Shown here piece by piece: positions 24,555 through 41,602 of a stretch of DNA of 64,000 nucleotides. Numbering within the stretch: position 1 is the first letter of the stretch; every line of letters starts with the position of its first letter. A model generated the notes under the pieces. That model saw only the letters and a list, made by a program, of their open reading frames with translations. It ran no database searches and was not told the DNA's origin. This DNA is from Guillardia theta CCMP2712 (lineage: Eukaryota > Protista > Cryptophyta), in assembly GCF_000315625.1 (NCBI RefSeq), contig NW_005434610.1, positions 359,698 to 423,697 on the forward strand. The letters run 5' to 3'. The position numbers and the translations under genes are program-made.

Positions 24555-24894
24555 TCCCCACAGACCTTCCCCTAGCTCGATCTGCATAATGCAATCCGAG
24601 GTCATCAACAACGACATTCCTCTGTTCCTGCTTCCCTCATGCTCCTGCTTTTCCTGCTGTCATGCTTCAATCATTCTTGATGATCATGATGATCCTGCCG
24701 TCGCAGCTTCCCACCCTGCTCCTTCCTTGCCCTCCTGCCGCAGTGCTCTTCGCATCTAATCGCCTCCTCGACATGTCCGACGGGCCTTGGCGGGAAAGCA
24801 AAGTTTTACTCAATCTTCTTCACTGAATTTTTTGTCAACTCTCTAGCCTAGTAAAAAGAAATGCCATGGTTTGAGTAAAATCGGAGGGCTAAGA

Positions 24895-25157
24895 CTCGCC
24901 GACTCGGCGACCGGCGGAGCCCTGGAGGGTCCGACGGTCGGGCCGCCGGGCCGCCCCGGTCACGGCCACCGGGCCGCTGCCGCAGCGCGGCCGCCGGCGG
25001 GGGGCCGCGGGGCCCCTAAACTGCGAAACTGACTGCCCCGGGCCGATCGCCCGCCGCCGCCGGCGGCGCCGTCACCGGGCCGGGCCTCAGTGCCCTGGGC
25101 CCCAGGCCGCGTCCGATCCGACGGTCATCCGCCGGGCCGCCGGCCGCGGCGCCTCCA
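24895..25157. other. Extreme GC-rich island with an internal direct repeat
   Basis: Almost entirely G/C. TCCGACGGTC-x-CCGCCGGGCCGCC occurs at 24930-24955 and 25117-25141. Confidence 0.75.
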
Positions 25158-25189
25158 AAAGTTTGGATGGCATGGGAAGGATGGAAAGG

Positions 25190-25750
25190 TTTATAATTTA
25201 ATAAGGTGATATTTGGTACAAATATATATATACATATTAGCGAGATCTCGATAGCTCCTAAAAGGCCCTTGCATGTCTTGTACCATAATCTTGTACCATA
25301 ATAAAGATCTCTTCCCCAAGTATGGTACTGGAATTCCAAATCTCAGGTAATCTTGTTCACTACCAAGATTTTTCCTCAGTACAAAAGCACTTGGGAGATT
25401 GTACTAGGAGCTCAACTTGCTGTGATACTAGGGGCCCTTCTAACACCATCCCAATCCTCAGAAGTATCTAGGATGCTATGAGCTTCCTAATACCTTCATC
25501 TGACCCACCGGCTACGAAAAGTTCTAGGAAGTTGCATAGGAGGTACCACCAACCCTGCTAAAGGTCATTGGTCCCACCCCTACCCCATCATTCCTCCCCT
25601 TTAGATCTGATTCACCCCAGGTCATTCCCCCAACTGAATATGTAATGTACCCGTGGTCTTCAAATTTTCTCGTACCCCACCCTTCTTTTTCCCAACACAG
25701 TGAATGACTACCCCATGTCAACGTCAGGTTGAGGAAGGGGTGGGGAAGCA
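25190..25750. promoter_or_regulatory. AT-rich patch plus GTAC/CCCCTACCCC-rich tract upstream of CK1 (divergent intergenic)
   Basis: Many GTAC cores, tandem tcttgtaccataa x2, ggtcattggtcccacccctacccc, tcgtaccccaccc. Confidence 0.4.
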
Positions 25751-26517
25751 CGCAGCGCTCAAAGCTGATCGAAAAACAGAATGGCGGGGAAGAGAAGGGG
25801 GGGGAGAGGAGCGAGGAAGCAGACGAGAATGAGGCTAAAGAGGATTCTGGTCAGGGAGGACAAGACCACGTGCGCTGTAGACCAGGACTCTACTTAGCGC
25901 AGGGCAAGGAACTCCGGGACAATGTGCGGGCAGTGTGGTTACATCATTGTGCAGCAGTACATATCGAAGGGGGGAGGATGGGATGTTCGGAGCAGACAAA
26001 AGCAGATTAGGACAGAAAGAAGAGAGAGGTTGTGTACGGTAATCAAGCCGGTTGGAGCGAGTATGAGAGAGGCGAATGCATACTGGGCGATCGTTGTGGA
26101 GCAGAAGGAAATTTTAGTATTACACAACACAATACACAAAGATGTGAAGCTAGAGGGAAAGTTCGGGAAGACCATGAATATGAGGCAGGAGAGTCAGGAG
26201 GGTTGGGAGACACTTCATTGTAGGTGTGAATCTGCGATATGTCTGCAACTGTGGCCCTTGGTGTAGATTCGCGTTTGAATGTTCAGCGATATGCTCTTGG
26301 ATCGATCCTTTCAGACTGCTGGACTACTTGCTGTTCTCACTTACCCATCTCTTTTATAGGGAGCCTGTGATTTGTGAGGGGTATGTTTGCTTGAGCACAG
26401 TATGATAAGCAACGTTGCAATGTGAGTCCTTCCCTTCGTTGACATCGTTTCCTACACATTATGACTGCTTGTCAATGCAGGTCCCAGACTGTTGACAGAA
26501 GACAAGACGGCGCACAG

Positions 26518-27710
26518 ATGGACCTCAGAGTAGGGAAGAAGTATAGAATCACGAAAAAGATTGGAGGAGGATCGTTTGGCGATATTTTTCATGGTGCTGC
26601 TGATTTCGCAATCGAGTGGCTCTGTTGATTCTGTTGCAGGTGTGCACATTGGCACTGGGGAAGAAGTTGCTATCAAACTTGAATCTGTTCGTAGCAAGCA
26701 TCCCCAGCTTTTGTACGAGTCAAAGGTGTTGCGTTACCTCAAAGGCGGGGTCGGGCTACCAGAAGTCCTTTGGTATGGGGTTGAAGGAGACTACAATGTG
26801 ATGGTGATCGATCTTCTCGGCCCATCTCTGGAAGGTGCTGGTTCCTTGTCGATTTCTGCTGCATGCTTAACTTGTCTTGCATCAGACCTCTTCAATTTCT
26901 GCAACCGCAGATTTAACCTGAAGACCGTTCTGATGCTTGCCGACCAGGTATGTCGTGAGTTATACAGATTTTGAAAGCTGACATAATTTCTTGTTTCAGA
27001 TGCTGAGTAGAATAGAGTATGTGCATTCCAAAAGCTTTCTGCATCGAGACATCAAACCAGACAACTTCCTCATGGGCGTAGGAAAGAAGCTCCACATGGT
27101 CCATATCATAGATTTCGGACTGAGCAAGAAATATCGCGACCCCAAAACCTTAGAACACATTGCTTATCGTACCAACAAGAACTTGACAGGCACAGCAAGG
27201 TATGCAAGCTTGAATACTCACCTGGGAATCGAGCAAGGAAGGAGAGATGATCTCGAGGCTCTCGGATACGTGTTCATGTACTTCCTCCGGGGCAGCCTGC
27301 CCTGGCAGGGTCTGAGGGCTCATAACAAGAAGCAGAAGTATGACAAGATCAGCGAAAAGAAGTTGACAGTTCCTATTGAGCAGTTGTGCGCTGGTTTCCC
27401 CGAGGAGTTCTGTACGTACCTCAACTACGTAAGGAAGCTCAAGTTCGACGACAAGCCTGATTACGCCTACTTGCGCAAACTGTTCCGGGATGTTTACACC
27501 AGAGAAGGCTTTGAGTACGACCACGTCTACGATTGGACCACCCTCAAGTCTCAGCAGTCAAAGACAGGATCGAGCACCAATGTATATAATGAGTTCCTCG
27601 CGAATCAAGTGCAAGGCAACATGGGCATGCCTCAAGGGCAGGGTGGAGTCGCAAACATGCCTGGGGTCAGAGTGCAGGGAGGAGAGCCGCAGAGCTCGCT
27701 CCAAGTCTGA
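26518..27710 (+). CDS. CK1: Casein kinase I (CK1 delta/epsilon-like)
   Basis: [25 protein letters not shown]|[25 protein letters not shown]|[53 protein letters not shown]. Three short GT-AG introns. Confidence 0.97.
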
Positions 27711-28067
27711 TCACGTTGTTCATCAAGGGCAAGATGTCGTGTTTTCTGGAGATCTTGTTCGATGGATAAATGATTGGAAGCTTGTTTTCTCGATTTTGGA
27801 CCTGCTCGTGTATATCATGGAATCCGACTTTTTTTTCATGTTTTGCTATGGATTCATCACCCATTGTTGCCGTCGTTTGGATTGTCTCTTAAAGTTTCGA
27901 TTCATCGGGTGCTTCATCTGCCAGACACGTCCCATTCTCGGCTCTGTGTAGTACAGTTTAATCTCAGTAATGAGCTTAAGGAGAGTCCCTAGTAAATCTC
28001 GTAGACTCTTCGCTTGGACGAGGTGGTTTGGTATTTCACAGGAACACGATGCGAGGTCAGGGAGGCT

Positions 28068-30211
28068 TCACGAGACTGTATCTTGACCGAGGATGGGCAT
28101 GGCCTGCCATGAGGAGTCAGGGGACGAGAGGGAGGAGGGGAAAAGACCATCCGAATGTCTTGCGGCAACTTCTGGTTCCAGTTGGACGTGATAGTCTTGG
28201 TCCTTGTATAGAACCTGTTGGAGCCGTTAGCCTCCTCCTCCCCCCCGCTGTCGTCGCTCACTGGACGGCATTCTTGCCATAGAAGTAGAGGTCACCTGCC
28301 AGGAATGCCGTGAGCTCGAGAGGACTCGGCGGCCTCCCCTGGCCATACCGAGCATGCTCTTCTTGGATCCGGTGAAGGAGAAGTAGGGGATGGGAACAGG
28401 GATAGGAACGTTAATCCCGATCTGTCCTACCTGCAGCAGAATGTTTCGCCTCCTGCTCTCCTCAGACCACAGAGTGTCTGCTAACCTTGATGGAGTTCTG
28501 GAAGTACCTCGCTGCCACTCCCGAGCTTGTGAAGATCGCTGTTCCGTTTCCTGTATGGCCATGTGACGACGATGGAGAGGATACAGATGCTGGTGGTGGT
28601 GGTTGTCATGTGATGACGGCGATGATCATTGCAATGATGATGATGCCGAGGTGGAGTTGGATGTCCAAGAAGAGGATGACGACCGGAAGGACAGGAAGGG
28701 AAGGACGAGGACGAGGACGAGCAGGAGGAGCAGGAAGAGGAGGGGAAGGAGGGGGAGCAGGAGCAGGAGGAGGAGGAGGGCGTGCACACTGACCGTAAGG
28801 ATTGTCGTTGATGATTTGGATCGCCTCGTCTAAGTCCGCTGCTGAGATGCACACAAGCACCTGAGCGCGTGGGAATGTAAGGCAGAATGACACGAGGCGA
28901 TGAAGAGGAGACAGCAGCAGAGGGAGGAGGGAGGAGGGAGGAGGGGGCGAGCAGTGAGGAGCCTGTAACGACGAAGGAGGTGGATAAAGGAGAGGAGCGC
29001 ATGGGAAAATATCAGGAGGACATAGAGAGAGAGAGCGAGGAGAGGAGAGGAGAGGAGAGGAGAGGAGAGGAGAGGAGGGTAGAGGATCGAAGAGCTTCTC
29101 ATCACCGGGGCAAAGATCTCCTTCTGGTAGCACCTGCAGAAAGTCAGGAGGCTTCACTTCTCCCCTCACCGGACTCACTGCATGCTCGTCGTCGCTTCTA
29201 GGATGGTCGGGCCAACAAAATTTCCCTTCATGCACTCAGTCATCTTCTGATCCTCCCCTACCCCCAAGGCCCAGCTCTCCTCCCTCTTCTCCTCTTGTCC
29301 GCTTTCCCTCCACCTCCCTCCTCTCTCCTCCTCCCTCCTCCTCCTCCCTCTACTGTCCTCCTCCTCCTCCTCCTACTCTCCTCCTCCTCCTCCTCCTCCT
29401 CCTCCTCCTTCTCACATTCGGGAATTCCCTCACAACGACTTGTCTCCCATCCAGATGCACTGTACACAGATTCAGCTCCCCCTCGCTGGCAGCAACGAGT
29501 ACCTGTCGCTCCCTCCTTCACGGCCTCGCCCACTATCCCCTCCACTCTCCTCTGCTCCTCCTTCAGTCCTCCTCCCACTTGGTCACACTCGTCACCTTAG
29601 CAGCTGAGCTGATGAGGGGACCAACGTCGGCACGCGGATCGGTCCCCGCTGACACCACCAGCTTCTTCGCCTTCTGCACCAGCTCCGGCAGCCAATCCCT
29701 GCGTCGTTATCAGTCTCCCTCCTCCTCCTCCTCCCTCCTCCTCCTCCCTCCTCTTCCTCTCACCGAGCCTTCCCCACGAGAACCATTACACTGATGGCCA
29801 TGCAACGCTGCCCTGCTGCTCCGAAGGCTGCTCCTACCTGCTCCCGAGCTCATGCCCTTGTCAAGCAGGCAGTGCCCTTTCTCACCATGGCGTTGAGCGC
29901 GTGCTCCTTGTCCGCGTCTGGGAGGATGACGGCATGGTTCTTAGCTGCCATATTGCACTGCAAGAGCGATCAGAAGAGGAGAAGGAAGGAAGGCCGAGGA
30001 GGAAGTGGAGCAGGAGGAAGAGGAGAGGAGGAAGAGAAGAGCTGTGGACAGGGATGACGACTTGCAGTAGGGTGCGCGCACCTGTACTCTCTTCCCTGCA
30101 AGCGTCGCTTGTCTCCAGATGTCTTCTCCAGCTACGGATGAACCGACAAATGAGATGGAGGAGATGTCTGCCTAGTTCGTTATTTCCGGAGATGCTCACC
30201 GCTTCTTCCCT

Positions 30212-30274
<63 letters not shown>

Positions 30275-32105
30275 CTCACCTTCGTGTTTGCAGAGGAACT
30301 GTGCTGTGTCCTTGGAGCCGTGAATGATGTTTACAACCCCTGGCGGACAGCCTGAAGGACCACCATCACAAGGAAGGAGAACTGGAGGAAGGGAAGAGGT
30401 TTGAGGGGGGGGGGGAGAGCGGGAAGAGAAGGGCGGGCAAGGAGGAGCAAGAGAAGAGGAAGGGAGAACAGCAAAAGAAGAGAGGACGTCGGATGGAGGA
30501 TGGAGGGCAGGATGGAAAGTAAAGGGAATGAGAGGAGGAGAGGAGAAGGAGATAACAAGGTATCGCACCTGCTTGCTCGATGAGTTCGACTAGCCGATGA
30601 GCCGTCCCTGGCACCATCTCGGACGGTTTGAGGATGAAGGAATTCCCGCAGACTGCTGCCATGGGGAACATCCAGAGCCTGAGCAGGACGCGATAGAGGT
30701 GAGAAGCGAGGAAGAGCGAGGGGGAGCGAGGGGGAGGTTGAGATTTGTTTAGAGGAGTAAGAGGATGCGGAGGAGGAGGTGGAATGGGGGGGAGGTACAA
30801 AGTCAGCCGGGGGGCAGGGCGGGAGAAGGAGAAGTTTCATGCTCACGGGGATCATTGCTGGGAAGTTGAATGGGGTTGATGCCTGCCCGTACCCCCGAGA
30901 GGGACTCGGGAAGGAGAAGATGTCCATGCCCCCTACCTTCCTTGTTCAGGAGGAGTCGGAGCACGGGCCCAAGGAGGTGAAANNNNNNNNNNNNNNNNNN
31001 NNNNNNNNNNNNNNNNNNNNNNNNNNNNNNNNNNNNNNNNNNNNNNNNNNNNNNNNNNNNNNNNNNNNNNNNNNNNNNNNNNGAGGGGATAGAAGGGAGG
31101 GGATAGAAGGGAGGGGAGAGAAGGGAGGGGAGAGAAGGGAGGGGAGAGAAGAGAGGGAGAGAAGGAGGGGAGAGGAAAAAATACGATTCAAGGCGAGGAT
31201 AGGAGCGAGGAGGGGGAGGGAGAGAGGAGGAAACGGCAAAAAAGACTGTTTACAGCTTGCCATGGGAACTTGCTCACCTCAAGACCGCGGAAGATGTCTC
31301 CCTTTGCATCTGCGAGGGTCTTTCCTTGCTCGCGCGTGATGATGTTGGCCAGCTCATCGGTGTGCTCCCTGATGAGGTTCTTTGAAGACCGTCAAGCCTT
31401 GGCTCCTCCTCCTTTCCGCCTCCCATCCCCATCCTCCTTCTCCCTTCCATCGTCTTCCATGTTGTCGTCTTCCTCCAACTCCTCTTCCCAATCCTCCTTC
31501 ACCACCACCTCCACACACGTCTCCTCCTCCTCCTCCTCCTCCTCTACACACGTCTCCTCCTCCTCCTTGCCTTCCACCCTCTCTCTTTCCTCCCTTCCTC
31601 CTCCTTTCTCCACCTGGAAGCGAAACATGACTCTCTGCCTCTCAGAAACTGAGACCTGATCACAAATTATCACAATCACTTCACAACTTTCCTACGAGGT
31701 ACACAACCTTGGACCATGAAGCTGCAGCTGCGGTTGCTGCCTCCACGCACATCTTCATCTCATCCTCCGTTGCTTGGGGGACCCGGGAGATCAGCTGGAG
31801 GGAGGGAGGGAGGGAGTTTTGTGAGCTGACTGGTCAAGGAGCAAGCAAGGAAAGCACCTCCTGTGTGGCTGGGTCCTTCACATCGAAGAAGGTGGTGGAC
31901 TTGGAAGGGACCGCTTTACCGTTGATATGGTGCGCGAGAACAGAGACTGGATACAAGGCAGACTTGAGCTATACGGCATAACATTTCCTTGTGCAGATAA
32001 TGACCTGAGCGATGGAAGAAAGAAAGCTTTCTCCTTGAAGCGAGAAAGATCATGTGGCGATTCATGGCATAAATCTCTACCACGTGTCAGGATGCTCGAC
32101 AACAT
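28068..32105 (-). CDS. ALDH6A1: Methylmalonate-semialdehyde dehydrogenase (acylating), mitochondrial
   Basis: Exons give PFNFPAMIP|[42 protein letters not shown] (catalytic Cys), [38 protein letters not shown], ending [11 protein letters not shown]. Many microsatellite-filled introns and one N gap. Confidence 0.92.
30213..30275. repeat. (TCCTCG)n hexamer microsatellite, intronic in ALDH6
   Basis: Follows a GTGAG donor on the minus strand. Confidence 0.85.
30983..31082. other. Assembly gap (100 N)
   Basis: Run of N. Confidence 1.
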
Positions 32106-32359
32106 TCTTATCGGTATAAACTTTGTTTGACTGTGTTGAAAACTTTGTTTGAGTTGCACTCACTAGCTCTCAGGCTCTCAGGCTAGCTTGAAGGATGTTG
32201 CATGGCACCATCCTTCCTTCCCTTTGTCAATCATGGTTCAACCCTCGCCCCTCCTCCTCTCCATCTTCCTCTCCTTCCGCTCTCTCCCTCCCTCTCCTCC
32301 TTGCTTGCTGCTCTCCTTGCTTTGTTTCCTTTTTGTTGCGGTTCTTGCGCCCTACCCTG

Positions 32360-32580
32360 ACTACCCCACCCCCAATTTTTTTCATTTTCCAAATCACACC
32401 CTCATATTTGCAGATTTGCTACTTAGTACCCGTATTATTTACAAGTGTATTACCCCTCTAATCCCTCAACTTTACCACCCTACCATGATTTTGCTCCCGA
32501 AGTCGTGTTTACACCCTACCTGCAACGGCCCCCAGATAGCACCCGACCCCCTTTCCTGTTTATTTTGTGTCAGATCCTAG
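32360..32580. promoter_or_regulatory. CCCTACC/GTAC-rich tract upstream of ALDH6
   Basis: ctaccccacccc, tagtaccc, accaccctacc, acaccctacc. Confidence 0.35.
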
Positions 32581-33002
32581 GGGGTGGTGAGTAGAAACGA
32601 CAAGGGAGAGGAGAGACGAGGGAAGGGGGACGGGAGGGGAGGAGGAAGGGAGGGGAGGGGAGGAGGGAGGAGGGAGGAGGTAGGGGAGGGGAGGAGGAAG
32701 GGAGGGGGGGAAGAAGCGAGAGAGGGAGGGAGGGAGGGAGGGAGGGAGGGAGGGAGGGAGGGGAGGGAGGGGACGACAGAATAAGAAGAAGTGAGATTAC
32801 ATTCGGCGAGATCTACGTTGGTAGGATGAAAAATGAGAAGATCGCTCTGATAGAAACAATGATCATCGCCCGTGGACGCAGTGGGCTGAAAGTAATGAAA
32901 TGCTCATCAGAGCCGTGTGGAGATTCCACAGCATCTTGAAATCTTTATATGCAAATGCACACAAACACTCCTGTCCCGCATTGCAACCAGAAGTCGTCCT
33001 CG

Positions 33003-36660
<3,658 letters not shown>

Positions 36661-37606
36661 ATATCAGGCAGACTGCACATGCATAAGAATCCAGTCAACG
36701 TCTTTTTCAAGTCAGTTTTAGGTAGAATAGACACTGTCGAGGCTTTCTCGGTCTCTCTATCACCTCCTTGTCCTCTACTTCTCTCTCCCCTGAGCTTTTC
36801 ACAGCTTGCCAAGTTTTACGTTTTCCCTCCGGGCCTCACCTACCTTCCTTGTCCTCGATCTTCCCTCCTCTCCCCTTCTCTCCTCTCCTCTCCTCCCACT
36901 CTCATCCTCTCTTCCCGCTCTCCTCCCTCCTGTTGTCTCCTTAATCCGCCATGGACGGGTGCCATTGAAAACTTTTGACCCGATCGTTTTTGCAACGGAA
37001 TTCAACGGAGGAGAAATAGAAGTAACGATCAATGTAACGGTCTGGGAAGGCGGGAAACATGGAGTGGGACGATGGTGGAGGTACGTCAGGAGGTGCGAGG
37101 GAGAGATGGAGGAGGAGGAGGAGGGGACGGGAGAGAGGAGGGAAAACAGAGGAGAAGAGCAGGGGAGGGGAGGGGGGAGAGGAGGAGGGTGGAGGAGGGA
37201 GGAGTGAAGGGAAGAGTAGGTGCAGATCGAAAGTGAGTGCAAGGTTTGGGCAAAGGGGTGAAGAGATGGAGAGAGGAGAGGAGGAGAAGAGGTATGTCCT
37301 TCCTATGGGGGATTGTTCGGAGAGAGTGGTTGAGGAGAGCTGCCGATGCGACAGGTCAGGAAGAGGAGGCAGAGGACGTGGATTGAGTGAAAAGGAGGAA
37401 GACAACATCGGAAGGAATGAGAGAGATATAGCATCATGGAAGGAGGAAAGAAAGGCTAGAACCGACGTGGTGAAATGAAGGAGCAGGGACGAGGTAGTAG
37501 ATGATATGCTGTCAGTAGAGGAGGGGTTGGAAGATTTAGAAGAGGAGCAACGAATAAATGCGCTGAAAAAGCTTCCATGTTATGTGATCCATGACATCCT
37601 CATTCA

Positions 37607-40600
37607 TGTTCGCAGGCATACCACGGAGCTCAGTGATTGATGACGATCAGATTGTAGTTCCGGCAGACGAATTCGATGATGATGACGATGATGATGCAGT
37701 GGGTCTGATCGAAGAACAAGATGAAAAAGTACCTTCATGTGTTTTCGCACACCCAAGATTTGACTTCCTCCCAGGATGACTTGGACCACGAAGCGAATGA
37801 AGAGGAAGAGGTTTTGTGACATTGTGTTACAAATTTATGCCTGCCTTATTCCTGTTTTCAGGATGAGAATGACCAAGGAGACATCGAGGAGGAGGAAGAA
37901 ATTCTTGGAAAAGTGAGATTCAATCTTGATCCCTCCTGTGCTGAAGCTCCCAAGCAGGCGGGATCGAGTGAGTTTGTTGAGGGCGAAGAAGCGGATGCAG
38001 GGGAAGAGGAGGAGGAGGAGGAGGAGGACGCAGATAAAGCCGAGGACGCAGAGGAGGATGAAGATGAAGAAGAAGACGAGGGGCAGAATGATAACCAGCT
38101 TATCTCGGAAAGCGTTTATGATGGGTCTGTTCAACCCACCCCCAGTGCAGATGGAAGAGGCCATGGAGCCCTCGATGCCTTGTTGGCGGCCGCAGCTTCC
38201 AATGAAGGTGCATCAGGAGAACAAACATCTGCGAAGACGGACAAGCCGGCGAAAAAAAAGGACGACAAAGTGTGGATCCCCGCAAAGAGACATGTTCCAC
38301 TTGAAGAGCATCAGCATTGGCAACAAGACACGATCAAATGGGTGGAGAAACACATGAAAGACCACAAGGTCACGCATGCGCAGGTACGTGTCTCTTTGCG
38401 TGTATCAAACCTCGGTTCTGTGTAAGATGCAATTCAGCTCTCACGTCGCTCCGGTGTACCCCCGGACCGACTTGTGGAGTACTTAGAACAGCGATCAACA
38501 GTCGATCCGCGAGTAACCAACCAAATTCGTCGATACATTCGAAAGTAGGCATCATCTCATTCACTCTGACACCTGAACAACCCTGAATGTCTTTTGCTAG
38601 TTTTCTTGATCGTGAAAAGAAGGACAAAGAAAAGCGTCAGAAGGAATTGCTCGAGGGGAATGCAGAAAAGAAGCCATCTCACAAGGTACAATGGGACACA
38701 TGAAGGCTTGCAAACTGAAGTTCCTGTCAGATTCAATACCACAAGAGGGCTGAGACCAGAGATTCCAAATCCAAGGAGTTGGATCCTCAGAATTTGATCA
38801 AGATCGATGATTCACCCATGTGATCATACAATTTTTAGTTCCACAACTCATGCTGAAGTCTTTCCTAGATCTGTAGACGCTTTGCCTGAATGGTCCGTGC
38901 CGATTGAAATAAGTATCAATCACGAGGGACACAATGTGATGCTTTATTTGTTTTATCTTCGCAATTTGTTTTAATGGTTTGGATCTCTGATTTTGGACTT
39001 GACAGGTTCAGGAACGTATTTTATGGAACCTGAAAGATGATTATGTGGAGCCGGAGGACTTTGCTGCAGCTTTTTGCAAAGCTTATCATCTCCCGGCTAC
39101 TTCCGAGAACGAAATATCAGAAAGCATCAGAAACCAGGTCTCTAAGTATCCTCGATGGGCTCCCATGAAGCGAGGAGCCCGGAATTCACAGCCAGAAACC
39201 ATCGTCGATCTGGAGATTAATGTAGAGGTTGGAATCATTTTGTTTACGCATAGTTTATCATAATCTTGAGTGACAGGTGGAGGGCCTCAAGTTCCATGAC
39301 AGGCTCCGTTGGGATCTGCTGGATAGAAAGAGTAATCCTCGGACGATTGCTGCGCAAATATGCACCGACTTAAAACTCCCGGCGTTTGCTGTAAATCCAT
39401 GGAGCCAGCCAGCATGCGCTTGAGCTGATGCAGTTGCAGGTTTCTGCGATTGATACTGAGATCAGAAATCAAATCAAGAAGAAAAGTCAAGATCTCTGGC
39501 AGGATCCAGCATCTTCAGACAAGTACTCGCTGCCGTGAGAGGAGGAGCAAGAGAAATGACTCTGTTGTAGCATATTAACAGGCAGCTCGACCCATGACCT
39601 TGAAGCGCTGAATGAATGGACACCCAAGATAAATGACCAACTCAGTATCTTGCTGCCCTCACGTCTTCCTCCGAAATCTGTGAGGGGTCGATTTGCATCT
39701 CAAGCTCTGGTAGCTGACGAGTGGATAGACGTACAAGGAAGAAACGGACAAGAGCATGATGGTCGACGAGACTCAGGAGGACTTGGAGTACTTTCGTCAA
39801 CAAGAGCAAAAGGTAGTGCTTCATCAGCTTTCCTCCCGACGTGAGTTGTTATGCCAGCTGAGAATGCACAACGACATGCTCAAGTCAGCCGTTGCAAGTC
39901 CCCTCACGTCGCAGTTCCCTGCGCTGAATCAACCGCTCTTCAATCAGAATTCTTCGACACCCAGCGGAAAGGGAAAGTCAAAAGGCTCTTCAGGACGCAA
40001 AGGCTCCAAGGCATCAGCACTGGCCCAGGGCAACAACATCGCAAGTTTCAACCAAACAGACAACCGGATGCCTCCGAGCACGAATGGAACGTACCAGCAG
40101 ATGCTTGGCAGGGGAGAACTGGACGTGTCCTTTGGCTCACTTGGAGCAGGGATGCATGGCATGGCAGGGAGTATGAATCAAAACCATCCCACAAATATTC
40201 AAGGGGGCAGGTGCTTGAGAGCCTGTTGCTTGTTCAAACTCACTTGTCACCAGCAGCGGGGGTCACAGGTTTGTAGTAGATAACGATCTGAATGGCCGGC
40301 AAGCCGGAGTCACCCAGCTATCCTTCGATGTCCAGGGGAATCTGACGCAGAAGAAGCCCAACAAGAAGCAGAAGGTAGTCGGACTTGACTGAACTTGACC
40401 TGCTGCCTTCATGCTGATCTTCTGTCAATAGAATCGTCAGTCCGCCCCCTCCTCGTATGGAAGGAGTGAGATGGGTGCTCCAGGCCGTCCATTGCCTCCT
40501 CCCTCGTCCTCTCCCTATCGGAACAGCTCTCTACAGAATCCAGCAGCGAATTTCGGGGGCGGCCGGGGGCAACTTACCGTCGAGACCATCCAGATGATGT

Positions 40601-40659
40601 CAGAGGCATTGATGGCAGATGAGAATCAGTACGACGCTGCCTATGGCAACCAGTGGTGA
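37607..40659 (+). CDS. SNF5/SMARCB1/INI1-domain protein (SWI/SNF subunit-like, multi-exon)
   Basis: Rpt1: VPIEISINHEGHN|VQERILWNLKDDYVEPEDFAAAFCKAYHLP...ISESIRNQV. Rpt2: IVDLEINVE|VEGLKFHDRLRWDL...NPRTIAAQICTDLKL...IDTEIRNQI. Acidic N-terminus. Start uncertain. Confidence 0.8.
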
Positions 40660-40767
40660 GTCTTGCTGAACTGATGTACATAGTCTTGTAGATACTCGAA
40701 CAACTAAAGAGCAAAAGGAGTAAAGCCATAATGACAGCGCGGGGAGCGAGTAGTTGTGAGGACATTT

Positions 40768-41524
40768 TTATTGCGATGCAGGCAAAAACTTGGAGGATGG
40801 AATGGCGGAGAACTTGGCGATCAGCTCCTGCTGCAGCACCACGTTCTTCTGACCTACCGTCCCATCCCAGGTGATGGGGTTGCCCTGTGTGCGGCAGTGA
40901 GCAGCGGGCAGCGTCACATGCTCTGCTCCAACCTCGTATGTCAGGCGCTTGAGGATGGGAAATGAAGTTAAGAGGAAGGGAGGGATGCGACTGATCTGTG
41001 GATGGGCCCGATCTCAGTGACTGCAGACCTTGTCCTGCCCTGTGCTCGCGGACCTGATTGTTGGCGACCATGAGATTTTGTAAGTTGCTGCAGTTCTCGA
41101 GCCCAGAAGGGAACCTGAGGGAAGTCAGCGAGAGGAGAGAATTGATGGGAGCAGGAATGAAAAAGCAGCAGCAAGGGGGAGAGCGAGGGAGAGATGGTAA
41201 GGAAGAAAGGGGCAGGACGCGACGAAGCAGAGGAGGTGAGGAGGAAGAAGTGTCGAGTGGAAAGGAAGGAGAAAACTCAGTCGGGACAGAGGAGGGTGAC
41301 GGAGAGGAGGGAGGAGGGATTCACTCTTCGAGGATATTGGAGGAAAGGTCGATTGTCTTGAGCTTGATTGTAAACACTTCGGGAGGAACGTGATCGATCT
41401 GTCAAATGTCAAGAAGGTTGACGACGAGTGAGGAAGAGTAGACTTTGTTGGAGGCAAGCATGAGCTTCCATAGCATCTGCAAGTTCCCTACAGACGCCGG
41501 GACCTGTACATCCTTCAGTTGAGG

Positions 41525-41602
<78 letters not shown>

